A stretch of 46,413 bases of DNA, taken from NCBI GenBank assembly GCA_047495785.1, contig JBLDXI010000112.1:1-46413 (forward strand). The letters are read 5' to 3'. Position 1 is the stretch's first letter. Each line of letters opens with the position of its first letter. Shown here in pieces: positions 21,831-35,680 of this stretch. This stretch comes from Lepidodermella squamata. Lineage: Eukaryota; Animalia; Gastrotricha. The notes under the pieces are model-generated. The model was not told the origin of the DNA, did not search any database, and saw only the letters and a list, made by a program, of their open reading frames with translations. The position numbers and the translations under genes are program-made.

Positions 21831-24305
21831 TCTACTTTAAATTTGTTACTATCAAATATCAATACACAAATTATTGCTTAGTTTAGTTGACAAAAAATGA
21901 GAAAATAGCAAGATCCTGTTCGTATTCGGTTTCCCTCGCGGCTTAATGCTTCATCAAATGAAAGGAGCGTTCAAGGGATAAATTTCCAGGCAAAGAGACA
22001 TTATTATTTGCGGGAGTCGGTTGAGCAAGAAAATTACGATACGCTTATCAAAACCGCTCTACAAAGATTTCCTGAAGATATGAGAGAACGTGCCATACCT
22101 TCCGATCGAGGATCAAGTTTTACAGGAGATAGGAAAAAGGGAGGTAGGGTCTAAGTTTTAAAACAAAGAGACAGCGAGACAGTTCGGTATGGAAACAAAT
22201 AAATGAGGATGGAGAACGAGGAACGATCCTCATGAAAAATGAGCCGTGATGATCTGAAGCTGTAGGTGCCATCGCAACCACAGTAATATGAGAAGTGAGA
22301 ACTGAAAAACCCGGTGCATCACGTATAACTATGACCACAAAACTAAAAACACAATGCACCATGTACGTAAAAAGACAAATAATGACCGCATCATTTTTAG
22401 CTCCTAGCTCGCACCGCGGGTGTGAAGTGTGCGCCGTGCTACTCCAGACTTTTCTGTGCTGCTGCTTGATATATGCTGATTCACAAGGAATCAGCTTTTG
22501 ACAAAGTCTGAGAAATTATCTGGTTATCTGGTTTTGACAAAAATATTTAAAGGTGATGGTGCTAAAATTATAAAAGTTAACGAAATATAAATTGATAAAT
22601 AATAAATTGAGTAGCAACAGAAATCGCATTTGCCCCGGAGTTGGGTCACGTGTCTTATATTTATCTTATATTTTGGCTCCGTGGAATTACCTCTTGTAAA
22701 TTCTCTCTACTCTTGTAAATAATTCTCCAAACTAGTCTTTTGGTAGCTTTCTTGCTACGACGGCGTTTGTAGGCTTCGCTGAGTGAGTGGAAAAGCCACC
22801 TGGGCACTAATGCCTGGGCCCTGGAGAAACAGTCAGCAATAACTGGAGTACCAGGGGTAGGGATTTCAATTAAGTAGTTAATAAACCAGTTCAAACTTTC
22901 CTAGAGCGTAAGCTCGCGATTTTCTCGCGATTTCCGTCAGGGCGAGGAGAAATCGTAATTCCTGATCCTGATCCTGACGTGTGTGAAGCCGACACTGGCA
23001 TTGCGGCGAGCTGAGCGTGTGACAAAGTCAAGCAATGACGTCGGTTACTAGGCTGAATGGTATTTCGTGATCCGAGAGCTTCTACTCGCCTTCTACTGTG
23101 AGAGTAGCCTACTCCGAAATTAACCTACTCCCGGAGTAGAAGGCGTTTACTGCTAGAGTAGATACCTGTTTAGGTTTGTTACCCGTTGACACTAAGCTTT
23201 TGAATTCGCATTTTCTATCCAAAATTAGGGTTGCATCTGAGAGTAGAACCTACTCTACTAGGGCTAGCTCTACTTGTCTCTTCATTAGTGTTACTGAATT
23301 GAGAAACGAAAATGAACTTTTTCTGTCTGCTCGGTGATATCTCGGTGCCCGCAGAAAAAGCCAGACTTTGTAGTGCTCACGTCCTGTCTATACTTCTTTA
23401 AACAATGTCTAACTGTCACTGTCACTGTCACTGCCACTAAGTGGCAATGTATAACTGCAGCACGTGGGCCTCCAAAATCGCAGATCGCCTTGGTGCCCAT
23501 CATCGATTGCAGCTAAGAAAGTTGGTGGATACTCGTTATCCAGAAACGACGAATGTTCTGAATATGAGGTTGCGGTACTTCAAGAACGCGCTGCGAAACC
23601 CCAGGCATTTCGCCGTACAATGAGCGAGGAACGACTCTGTACAGCCGTGATTGTCGAAACATATCGGTAGAGCGCCCTGACAAAAGAATTGAAGAAAATT
23701 AAGGAACTGACTGATGGCTGTAAAGCTGCCGCAAACATCGAGCATTTGAGTGATGGAACTCGCGGCCTCTCCTGCCATGCAGAGAAATGTTGACTGTCCT
23801 CATCTCCTCATCAAAAGAGTAGTCAACAAATACTCATCCTATCAATTGGCAGCTCTGACGGCTGTCAGTGCTATCGAAACCAGAATATGACAACGAATAC
23901 ATTAGCGCGAGAGCGGCAACTCAGCACCTTACCTCAGCAAATCATACATACATTTAGAGCTATCAAAACACCGTTTCTGAATTATAGGGACTGGGTAAGT
24001 TCTTCTGAGAACGTTTTCGGGAATGGTGAATATTTCTCTCAATCTTATTTTATTAAATTGAATCTTGCAGGAAAATTAACCGTACATGGTAAGTCGATAG
24101 TCTTCGGCTAGAACCCCATTTATAAATTTTAAAACATCAACTTGTTGAAAACGTTGAACATTCAAAAAGTCTGAGCGTATTTTATTGAACGGAATTGACA
24201 GAAATAGTTAGACGCGTGTGGCGAAGATTAAAGTCACTATATAAAATCTCCTTAGCTGATTTTACATAAAGTCGATCAATTAAACGCAACAATCTTTTCA
24301 TCGGC

Positions 24306-26816
24306 TCACTTTGCCGAACACAAGTGACACAAATATTCTTCTTTTTTAGTAGGTTTTTTTCTTAACCCTGAGCAATTTCCATGAGTCCACAAGTGCCACG
24401 TGGAACACTCCACCCACCAACCATTCTTGCAATCTGTCACTTTCAAGCATACAACGCATCCATCTTCATCTGAATCAGTTATATTTGGAGATGGCGGCGA
24501 AATCAAAATTGAATTGACATTTATTTTACAAGTTGGGCGCTTTTTTCTCAAAATAGGCGATTCTTTTGGCGATGAACATTCAGTGACAAAGGGAGAAATA
24601 TTTTCAGCTACAGTAATCGTTGATGCTGCTATACTGATGGATCGCGGGCAACAGTAGATTACGCCGGCGATTTGATGCCGTTCATTCTGCAATCTCCCGA
24701 TAGAGCTTTGTTGCCATGAAATCAAAGCTGAATGAATGTAAGTTATTAATATTTGTTAACCATAATAAATTTGCCATCTTACATTTTTGCGCAGCCGTGT
24801 CATCGATGAGGCCCACAGATGTTTCAGTCAAGGCGAAAGCGGTGATTGTCACGTAATGGCTGCCGTTAAGCAGTATCGCGGAGTGACGTTGATATCTATT
24901 ACACCATGTAAACAGGTTATCGGAATTCAGGTTATTAATGGGAAATCCTCACATTTTATCGTCATATTGCAGGTTTTCGGGAAACATGAAGATTTCAGAA
25001 GCAACAAAAATAGGATCGCATTCTTGAACATCCACGTAGATGAATGGCAAGGCCTTTGATGGTGCCACGGTTCTTTGTCCATTACAATAAACTTGCCTGT
25101 TCAACTTGGTTGTTGATCATGTTGTTTTTGTTGCTAATTAACTCACATTATTTTTCCGGCTTGTGCGGCCATAACATAGCAAAGGCCCCGAGGGCATCCA
25201 GAATCGGTGACATCTGTGTAGCTTTTACCGGGGAACGGTCGTGAACAACGCTGGGTTATTGCAGCCAGTGAATCGGTTAGCAGGGCATTATTGTTCGATT
25301 TCTTGTCTGGATTTTGTTGATTTTCTCTGAATTTTCTATTTTGATAGATAAAATTGTTAGCTCACAAGTAGTTGAAACTTGGAAGTTATTTACAATTTCA
25401 AATCTGCTGGTGGATCAACTTTCAGCAGTTGTCTCGAGGAGGCTGTTGGCAAGGGACAGCAATTGCTGCTGCAGGTTTCCTGACGTTTCAATCCTGCTTG
25501 CTCCATAATGACGTTGAATAACGCACCCGCAATATGGCTCGGTGTTTGCCGCTTCGTTTCACGAATTTCATTATGCTCTGCATGCCGCTGTTGTTTCACA
25601 GGAAGGCCATTCGTGCTTCTTGGCAAGTCGTTTCAATTGTTGTTGCCGCTAATAACTGGAGCAGCTGTTTGAAGTCGATCGATGGCACGTCGTTTCGGTT
25701 ATGCATAAGCGCAGTGATAATTGCGTCCAGCGCACATAAATTACCAACTGTGTGAAAATTTTTCAGTTTCGCAGGTATTCGGTAGGCAGATGACAGGTGG
25801 CTGCATAACTAAACTCGCCTCTGTTTTGTTGATATCAGATTCAGCAGCCTGATGAACATGATTGCGTTGATTAAACTGCTCTGCGTTCACCCGCCTAATT
25901 TGCTCGTTGAGTTGGCGCACAATATCGGAGTTCGGCTCGCAAGCAGCCGCTTTGCTACCCGCCTTGGCGTTAGAAAGGCTCATGGATTGGTAGTGGTAGG
26001 CCGAATTCGGATCACAACGCCTGGACCATTCAGCTGTTGCAGCGGCGATATCAACGGTTTTTTCCGATTCCGTTTGATCGGCTAACTTCCTGCTAGATTT
26101 CACTGCTGGCTTTGATTGTTTCGGCTCCGATAACTTGACAGGATTGGCACGTTTTCGACCTGCCTTCGCCAGCAAAGGGAACTTGAGATCGGCCAAAACT
26201 GCACCTACGGTGTCGATCAAGTACTGCTTGAGGCGTTCAATAAACGGCCCTAGAGCAAAACGCTTTCCGTCGAGCACGTCGATTTTGAAATGACGAAATT
26301 CGGACTCTTTGGCCGAATTACTAATTCTTGTCGCGCCCTGGGGCTGCAGCTTCGTTCTCACGGGCACGGTGCATTTTGGTGTGCCATCTATCTTATAATT
26401 CATGCCGAGCATTATTCCCGACCACAGAAGTATGACAGGCATTCGTCGATTTTTTAGTGCTTTAACACACTGTGGGCGATAAATTTCGTCCGAACAAGCT
26501 TATCAGCGGGCAATTTCTCGAAAATTGCTGCCTGGGCTGCTTTGATTTTGACTGTCAAATCAACGAAATGCCTTCCTGACGGCGTGCTTTCAGCGAGAGT
26601 TCCATCGAACGAATAGTCATTCACTTCGTCATAAGATTCATCAGAATCCGCTTCCAGCTGATCTATTTCTGAATCTGGCAACAATTCAGCCGCCTCGGAT
26701 AACGAAATCACTCGACTTTGATCAATGCTGATTTCTAAAACCGCCATCAGTTCTTTCTCGGCCTCATAGTCGACGAATTCTGAGTCGGAAATTTTCTCCG
26801 TCACATTTCGGTACAT
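24306..26816 (-). pseudogene. Decayed, probably transposon-associated gene with C-terminal PHD finger
   Basis: CVVC...WVECSTW(H)LWTHGNC...YLCHLC with one Cys lost; upstream same-strand frames interrupted by stops; a LNGSHYVTI...LIDD segment near 24800-24880. The extent is uncertain. Confidence 0.4.
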
Positions 26817-27894
26817 ACTTAAGGATTGGCTTGTTTATTTAGGCGTAATAGGGTCACCGCGCGGCCCTCCTCGCGCACTTACTGCGTTTATTTGCACAAG
26901 ATTAATGACCCCGCTTTCGCGTAAATTTAGTATTATCAGTTTCTTGTTTCATAGTTGGCGCTTTGATTTTTCAACAAATTTTTTTACATGCTCAACATCA
27001 TAAAGTTCTCACTGCGGGTAGCGAATTTCATGTGCATGCTGCGAATTTATTTTGTTCCGCGCTGCTGATCTATTAAAATTTCGAATTCTCAAGCTCTCTA
27101 GCAAAACAAACATCGCGCGTGCCTGCACCCTGAGCAGCTCGTAGTTAATACCTCTTAAGCTGCGCTGCTATTTGGCGCTAATAGCATCGGTCGTCGTCTG
27201 AAGAAATATTCGGAAAGGCCGCAACTGAATTCAGAATATAGCATTCTATCAAGCATCTATCGAGCATTCCATCGAGCCAGTCGTTCATCATCATTCATCA
27301 AGCCTCGAATGCCAATAGTTTCAATAATTAATAATCAATAATCAATTTCAATAATAAGTGATAATTTGAACATCGTTTCCTCTCAATTACTCATACTCGT
27401 TAGCTACTCTACTACTCTGGGGAAAAGTGAAATCGCTCTTCAAACTGATACGATATTCCTCAAAAAATTAAAAATAATCGCGGCATCTAATTTAATTGTT
27501 ACAATTCAGAAATAGGTATACAGGCTTATTTTTTATGGATGAAGACATGCAGTTTGCAGCTTTCAAGCAGGCTAATCAGAGTAGTCTGCAAGAGGCTTTC
27601 GATGAATGGCAGCCTGGTTCAACGAGATAAGCAAAACCGGTGATGGTCTTGCATCGAGGTAAGTGTCAAACTACCCCATTTTTGCGAAATAGTCGTACCC
27701 CTGATGAGCCATGGTATCGATTTCGAAGTCGATACCGGTCGATTATCGATTTCACAAATCAGAGATTATTATTGATTTCTGATAATCAAAAGCTAAGAGG
27801 GCCTTAAGCGAAGGCGGTTTCCAGGTACCAAAGGCCATTTGGGTTCTAAAAAACGGAAACTTGGCTTTTAGTTAAAGGGACTCCATAAAAACAG

Positions 27895-28054
27895 AATTCC
27901 TGATCGTTGGGAAAATTTTTGGTAGTGCTAAAATCCTTAATTTAGGGTTGGACTATCTGTTTTAGTGGGGCTCTTTTACATGGCTATAGACCTATACAGA
28001 GACCTAAATTAAGGATTTTAGCACTACCGACAATTTTCCCAAAAACCAGGAATT
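27895..28054. repeat. Long inverted repeat (MITE-like or hairpin)
   Basis: Perfect 26 bp arms at 27921-27946 and 28003-28028, extending imperfectly to about 50 bp. Confidence 0.8.
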
Positions 28055-28298
28055 ATTTTTGAAGTTCAATTACCCAAATCAGATTCTAAAATTATTCTGA
28101 TGAATAACCCTTGATTCGATCTGATTTGATTTATGAACTTCGGAAATGAGTTATAAAAGCGAACATCATCGGTTCCGTATTATATTATGTAACAATTAAC
28201 AATTCCGATTCGATAAGTTCAGAGGGTTGGAAACTTAGTTTTCCCCGGTAGCGCATCCTTCAAACCTTCATGACAATAATTCTCCATTTTTCTTACAG

Positions 28299-30160
28299 AT
28301 GGGAAAGGTCGGTTTGAAACAAGCTCGGTTTCGAATAAATATTCGGATCGTCATCGCTATTTACAATGCCCATACGATCATCCGCAACCCAAGATACACA
28401 GAAGTGATTATCTGTTCCTTCATGTGAAGACTTGCAAGTTCGCTAGCTGTTCGGGGGATTCAGATGAGCTCAAGATGGCGAAAGCTGCTGACGCGAAACA
28501 AGTTCCCAAGCCGCCGAAGCGAGTTAGGTGCCCCAAGTGCAATCTAAAATACTCTGCGGCGGAAAATCCCGATCACTATAAATTTTGCTACGAGCCAGAA
28601 GTTCGTCACTTGATCGAGGAACCTTTTGCCGAGGTGTTTCAAACACCTAAACAGTCTAAACGAATCGCGAGGAGCCTGTTCTCGAATTCGACTTCTTCAA
28701 CAGGGTCAGTTTCTATTTCCCCGATCTCAACGTCTGATGTCAGTGGCGAACAGCATGTAGCCGCGCATGATCCTGTTTCAAACACACCAAGCGAGACCGC
28801 GAGCTCTCCTCTGGAGTCTAATACCGAAGTCACGTACAGCATGATTGCGTACTGGATTTTGGCCCTGCCCAGCAAAATCTCGAAAAACGAAAGTTTGGCA
28901 TTGAGTTTGAATCATAACCCAACGGAATTTGAAAAACAACACGGGGCCTATTTGCAATCCAAATATCAGCCGTTTGACCCGTTGGCACCTATCTCCGATT
29001 CGATTCGAGAGCGATTGCCTCGTTGTGAACGCCAGATCCAATTTTTGGTCGATCGTTTCGGCGACGTCTCCGAGAAACTTTACGGCTTCAACGAAGATCG
29101 GGTCGAAGCCACAACTCGGAACCAGGTCAACGCAATAATTGGGCTGTTTCAAGTTTTCGGAGTGAAGACAATTGATGATTTGCTCTCGATCCGCTTTTGG
29201 GATAAAAAGCTGCGTGAATCAGATTCATTGAAGGGCAGTTTGCAAGCTGGTAAAAACCAGGTTGGGAAGAGTGCACAATACACCCGAGTGAAGGCCCTGC
29301 CGCAGTTTTTACTGCATCATATCCTGAAATATCGCTTCAATGCGATTCAAGTTTTCAAGGCTTCGGCTGTTGTTATGACCGTTGAGGGACCCATTGCGGA
29401 ACTAAATTTTCAACGCAAATTCGAGTCAGCTGCTGCAAGGCACGTTGCCGATCGCACTTTCGCCCCATGGATCGCGCATGACTATGCAACCTTCGTAGTC
29501 GAATCGAACCGAAGGAAACGGGCCGAGCAAAAATTATCACCGAATGACGCTGCGTTGGGCTGCGTGTTGCTGATTTGCGCGCGCAATGCCAATCGTCCGA
29601 TTACGGCGTGGATGTTGGAGCATATTGACTGGGATCAGCAGACCAAGTTCACAAACGGCTTTATCACCTTGCATGCACGTTGTAAGTTCAGCAAATTTTA
29701 ATTTTTTTTACTAGTTCTGATTACCCAAATTGAGTGAGAGGGCCCTTGTAAATTTAGTAGGCATTTGTCTTATAATTATTTAAAGATATTCCACCTTAAT
29801 AAATGTTCTATTTTTAGTTGGAAAAACTATCGGTCGAAACTACATTTGTGACTTGACACTGGATCCGTTTGCCGTCGAGGAACTCGCCTATTATCACAAA
29901 CATGTCCGCCGAATCTTCGCCCGGTTTCCGATAAAGCAGCTCGGCGGTTTTTCTTGGCGGAGGATGGAAAACCGCTATCAACCTCAATGTTGTTGGGATT
30001 GACGAAGAAAACATGGCCGCTCTTCGTCCAATCGCTACCCGAGGAAGACCGTCCGAAGAGCAAAACTTTCATCTTCGGAGCGCAACGAACGGCGGTTCAA
30101 ACCAGGCGCCGTTTCATGCCAGTGGAAGGCGAGCCCTCACGCGAAGAATACAATCGCATG
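28299..30160 (+). pseudogene. Crypton-like tyrosine recombinase gene, frameshifted and 3'-truncated
   Basis: N-terminal Cys/His fingers; NANRP (catalytic R-like); intron 29682-29817 gives HARFGKT; then YYHKHVRR, (frameshift) FFLAEDGKPL and FGAQRTAVQT. No catalytic Tyr region is visible. Confidence 0.6.
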
Positions 30161-31315
30161 AAGAATACATCGACGATGTACTGCTGAAATAATTTGCCGT
30201 ACAAATGTATGACAGGCATCCCACGAATGAAAATTCCATGTTGAATATAGTCACGTGCTGAAATCTTGGTTTGCTTTTGGTTAGGTTTCAATTTGACTCG
30301 CTGCATGGTGATGTCCCAGCCAAGATCACCCCCAGGGAACATGATCGGATAGCTTAGGGGATCGTAACAGGCGTGTGTCTCCTTGTTGATTATGTCAACC
30401 GAATTCCCAACGTTTATCCGAATCCATACTCTGTATTTCCTTGTGAAGAAGAGGAACCGTTGAAGAGCGTTGAAGAGGACCACCCTTCAAACGAAGAATG
30501 ATGTCTCGATGTGAGCTCTCAGCAGACTCGTCATCGCAAACAATTGCTGCAACCTCATCGTTGGCAGATTGTGGCGCATTATAACGCCGGCGATCGAGTC
30601 CGTTAACACTTGCTTTGATTCGCATAGTTCGTTCAGGAGCTTGCCGAAGAGTATTCAAGCTGTAGTCGTAAATGCGGACGAATGGATTGACGTCATACAT
30701 CATTTCTTGCAAATTCGTCAAGACGACCGTGTTAATGTGAGTTTCGGATCCGTATTGGAAGTTCTTGCGTATGGCGACTTGCTCAGAGGAGGATTGAACG
30801 AAATAAACTTGCATATAACGGGGTTCACTTCCTTCATCTGGTAAGAGAGCTCCGTGTCACTGGTAGAGAGAACCCTGCACCTTGAAAGCACCGAAATTTG
30901 GCGTGACATCTTTGCACCCCATCGAAGTAAATGAAAGGCAATTATTGTATTTTCTGTCATTCAGTAGAAACTGAGTCGATTGTTGTTCTCCTTTGAGTAA
31001 GCGTCGCAAATAAAGAGGAGGCTCCTTTATAGGGTCAAGTATAACCTGACCATGCTGACAGCACTGAGCAAATTCGGGGTGATCTGGCGAAGAATTAGTT
31101 AGGCGTTCGTCAGAGAAGTGTTGCGCACCGCAGTGTTCACATGCTGCATTCATAGGGCCTAAATCGTAAAGCGGCACGTCAGCCTCAAGATAGGGAGCCA
31201 TGGCAGATGCAACGTTGGGAATCCAGTTGTTTACTGCTACCGGTGCCAGAGGCGCAACAGGTGGTGGCACATTAAAATCTGGGTTGTCGTGCATTCCTGG
31301 GTCGAACAAATCCAA
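30161..31315 (-). mobile_element. Helitron Rep/helicase N-terminal fragment (degraded)
   Basis: CEHCGAQHF..ER...CCQHGQV, YNNCLSFTSMG, NPFVRIY, RRYNAP, YDPLSYPIMFPGGDLGW, GKLFQQYIVD; several frameshifts. Confidence 0.92.
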
Positions 31316-33508
31316 ATCTAAGGCGTTCGGATAGTCTTGTGCTAGTAGGGCTTCATAATCACCGTCAATTATTACAGCAAACTCTCGGATTGCCTGATTG
31401 AGAGCTTCTCCTTCTTCCTCAATGGGACCTGCGGTGAAACAACTTTTCTGAGACTTCTAGCATTGAATTGGTGTTTTCCACGTTTAGGCGTCATACCCGT
31501 TCAGTTTTTATGCTAAATAAACACTTCTAGCACTCTATTCAACCCCAAACATTTGCAAAGCTTGAGCGAAAAGCTTCTCGATCTAGGATAAAGCTCGGTA
31601 TTCTAAAAACTTTCTGTCACCCTGGTTAGAAGGAAAAGGTTAGCTAAGTTAGCTAACTATCAACAAACTATTGTTAACTAACTATTGTTGAACTCCAGGT
31701 TCTGCTAATACAAGGGTTCAGGCAACAACATTAGTTTCTACCAACAGCTTCAGAGCCACTTCATAACCAATCCAAGCTCAAATTTAGTATTTCGCTAGTA
31801 AATACAACACAGAACAACACTACGATTCATGAAACGATCAACCACCAACACTATGACGCCAACAAATGACTTAGATATGTCTTCTGTCAACAGTGGCAGC
31901 TCCGTAAATATCTTTCTCGACAGAATACAGTCATTTAAGCCCACATCATACGATAAAGAAACAATAGGACAGTTTTAATGTCATATCATCTAAAGAGAAT
32001 TTCAAGGGCTATCTATTGACATATGAAACATCTGATTACGATCGATCAAAAGTAAGAGTAAGGTTTCGGTTTGAATATTTGACGCCGCCAAATAAGCGTA
32101 AGATGGCATCAAAGAGCGATTACGTCACAGGGAAAGATAATTTGTTCAAAATTTTTCTTCCTAAAATTTTCTTTTATCACGCTATCAACAAAAACCATAA
32201 TGCTATGGCGAAAAAAACCATTCTGCTGGAAGTTTTCCGTCAAATCAACCATCAACGTGATTCACAAGGAAATATTGATAGCGCCATAGAGGAGAATCTC
32301 CTGCGGCAATATGATTTTATTTATTCGAGTTATTTATCAATACAAATATTTTTTAAATATTTCAAAGTTTGTTATAAATGTGTGAAAAATAAATTGGGAC
32401 GACAAAATTGGGATTTCGATCACCTGGGGAAGAGAGAAGACCCGATATCGCGAACTTCTGGCAATGCAGGTCAAACCTGTTTACCCCTTTTCTAATTACC
32501 AGAACTAGAATCGTTTTACATGTTGTCTTTAACTACCATAATTACGCGTTTTAGGCACACCAAGAGTACGGGGTTATGATCTTCTGCGCCTTCGAGAGGT
32601 AGCCTCAAACCGTGAAACGTGGAAAATGCTCAGTGATCTAATCCTGACCTCCTCTTCACTACAGTGAAATTTTTTAAATGTACACTCATTAATAATAATA
32701 ATAATAATAATAAGAGTACGGATAACGAAATTCTGGCCTGTGAATTTTGGTTTGTCGTTTGTCGTTTGCCGCAACGCGAGCTAACGTTATGGTCTTGCGT
32801 CTTACGCTTTACAAACTTACAAACGCCTTACAAACGCCTTACAAACTACTTGCGTCTTCCTTAAAAAAGGAAAAAGCTTAGACTATTTTTATTCATATGC
32901 GAAATGCGAACCGCAAGTCAAGCTGAACGCTGAACAACGCTTACTTCAGGTTCTCATTATTGTTGGCTCCTGACAGCCTTGTTGGCGGTTACCGCAAATC
33001 AGGGGAACTTAATCTTGGTTTGAATAAGTTACCAGGATATTTGCATTTTTCATAAGCATGTTCGTCCGTCTGTGTGCTTTTTTATGCTAGCCTGTGGCTT
33101 ATTGCTGATTAATGAAATCGATAATACCTCAAATGATTTACATGAACATCTTGTTACAACTCGCCAAGCAGCATCTCACTGTTGAACTGCGTAAATACCG
33201 ATTAACACCCGATTTACAATCGCTCACGATCGCACGCATTATATAGTTATATATTCCTGCCGCAAACCGTTGATCGCTGACCGTTTCGCCACGGCTCAGA
33301 AGTTATATGTCGCTTTTCTACTCTTCAATGAAGCCTTACGAGATGATTAATGATTATCAAAGAGCTGACATGGGTATGTGTGGCGCACGATCTATCTGTG
33401 TCTTAGATTTTTTTCAAATCCTGTGGGTTATGATTTTGAATTACAATGTGTTGTTTTGGTTCGTTTGTAGGCATTTATTCGTTGCCTTTGCTGTTGCCGG
33501 AAGTCAAA

Positions 33509-35189
33509 ATGAAGCTTCTTCCTCAACTCCGAGTAAGTTATTGTTTGCTATCCTTATTTCTATGTGTTAATCATCATATATCTTAAGGCCGTTGCCCAAC
33601 AGTCTGCCGCGCGTACGTCAGGGCGCCTTGCACAAGAGCCAAAGGTAGAATTAAACATTAAACCCGGTTAATTTACATGACTATGGTGTGAATTTTCTCT
33701 AGTTGACTGCGGAACGTCTGAGGATTGTATCTGTGGAAAATCATTCGCCTGTTACTAGGCTGTCGCTATACGTACGCGCTGGCTCTCGGCATGAGAGCGG
33801 CTTTAATCTTGGTGTTTCGCATTGCCTTCGGAGCGCTGCAAACCTTGCCACCAAGAACAAGACAGCCATCGCATTGACTCGCACCGTGCAGCAGATCGGA
33901 GCTTCTTTAACTACTACCGGTACAAAAGAGCACATCATCTACTCCATTGAAGCTGACCGTAGCAAAGCAGACGTAGCTTTGGGTTGCCTCATGGAGGTTG
34001 TGTTTGAACCGGAATTCCACCACTGGGAAATTGAGTGCTTGCACCATCAAATGGAAATTGATCTAGCTCTCCACAAACAAAATCACGAGGAGCGTGTTAT
34101 CGAGTTGCTACACCAGGCGGCTTTCCGCACTACTGTGGGCCGCTCATTATATGCGCCTGAATTTATGATCGGAAACTTCGAAAGCGAACAAGTCAAGCAT
34201 TACTTCGATGCCCATTACCGACATGATCGCATGGCGTTGGTTGGATTCGGCTGTCCTCATGATTGGCTGAAGGGTCGCACCAACTCGATTCTCACTGCCC
34301 CTCCCCCCTCGGTCCGCCACTTTCCAGTAGGCAGCAAGCCAGCTGAGGCCCCACACAAAGATAAGCACGTCGCGGTTAATGCTAATGACGAAGCAGCTAA
34401 ATATCACGGCGGCCAGCACCGCGAGGATGCCGATTCGAACCTCGCTTTGATCGCCGTAGCTGGCGAAGGAGTTGCCCAGGGCAGCAAACAGAGCCCGGCC
34501 GCCTTCGTCCTCCAGCGTGTTTTCGGCGCGGGACCACGCGTCAAATGGTCTGCGAGCCAGAACCACGGCCGCCTAGCAAAGGCTGTCGCAGGTGCCCTCC
34601 CTAGCGGCTCTGGTTTCGCCGTCACCGGTCTTAACTACAATTACTCCGACTGCGGTCTGTTCGGCTTCTTCTTGTCGGTTGATCCAGCGCTCGCCGGCAA
34701 GGCGGCGCGCGCGGCTGTGCTCGAAACCGCTAAAATCGCAAATGGCAGCCTGACCGAAAACGAGCTTAAAGTTGCCAAGTAAGTGTAGAGAGCAATAAGC
34801 CTATAGGTAGCTGAAGTGATAGGCACATGACAGCTCCATGATAATAATGTTCAAGACTACAAAAATTGATAACTTCTTGATATTAGGCAACAAGCCAAGG
34901 CCGATCTGTTGTTTTCGCTCGAACAAGACGCGAACTACACCGAAGCTCTGGCCCAAGCCGCGCTCGTCTCCGGTGAACTGGCTCCGTCGCATGAACAGGC
35001 GATGGCTCAGATCGACGCCGTCACCATGAACGACGTTCTTCAGGTAAGAAATGCAATGGGCGCTGAGTTCGCTTTCTATGTGCACCCGTTTTTTGACAGG
35101 TCGCGAAGAGGGCAGCTGGCTCGCGAACGAGCATGGCCGCCGTTGGCGACCTGACGGACACCCCATATCTTGAGCAACTTATTTCGTAG
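33509..35189 (+). CDS. UQCRC2: Cytochrome bc1 complex core protein 2 (inactive M16 family), 5 exons
   Basis: Exons 33509-33532, 33588-33644, 33703-34778, 34887-35043, 35100-35189; VRAGSRHE, GVSHCLR (no HxxEH), YSDCGLFG, C-terminal SMAAVGDLTDTPYLEQL. Confidence 0.93.
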
Positions 35190-35680
35190 AGCAACCAGAC
35201 TGTCCCGAAGAAAAAATAAACCTATCTGCACACCGTTTTCTTAGCAACCATCCTCGCTGCATAAGGATTACACTGAAAATACTATAATAAATATATATAT
35301 AAAATAATGATGATGACGATGATGAAATACACACACCGTGAAATCGAGAGAAGAGAAGAAAAGAAACTGCCACGGCAGCCGATTCTCTGAATAATAATTA
35401 ATCTTTTCTTGATGCGTGCATAGTGTCGTGCATGTACGTACCGATGTACATAACTATACTATTTAGCAAACGCCACAGTTTTAGAGTTGCGAAATTACTA
35501 ATGATAATATGTAAATGTGTGGTTGACCCTCAGAAAAAACAGAAGAAAGATTCGGCGCACCAGTGTGCGACGCCTCCACCGTTTAATAAAACGCGAAAGT
35601 GATTGTCCGTTTACATGATTTTCATTCTCGATTTAGCCGCGATTTTATTTTATTAAACAAATTGCTTAAAAAAATCAACG

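Noticed and set aside
32016-32864. AT-rich ORFs, (AAT)n microsatellite and ttacaaac repeats
   Set aside because: Low complexity with no recognisable domain.
33703-34782. Active mitochondrial processing peptidase beta
   Set aside because: Lacks the HxxEH zinc motif, and the C-terminus matches UQCRC2.
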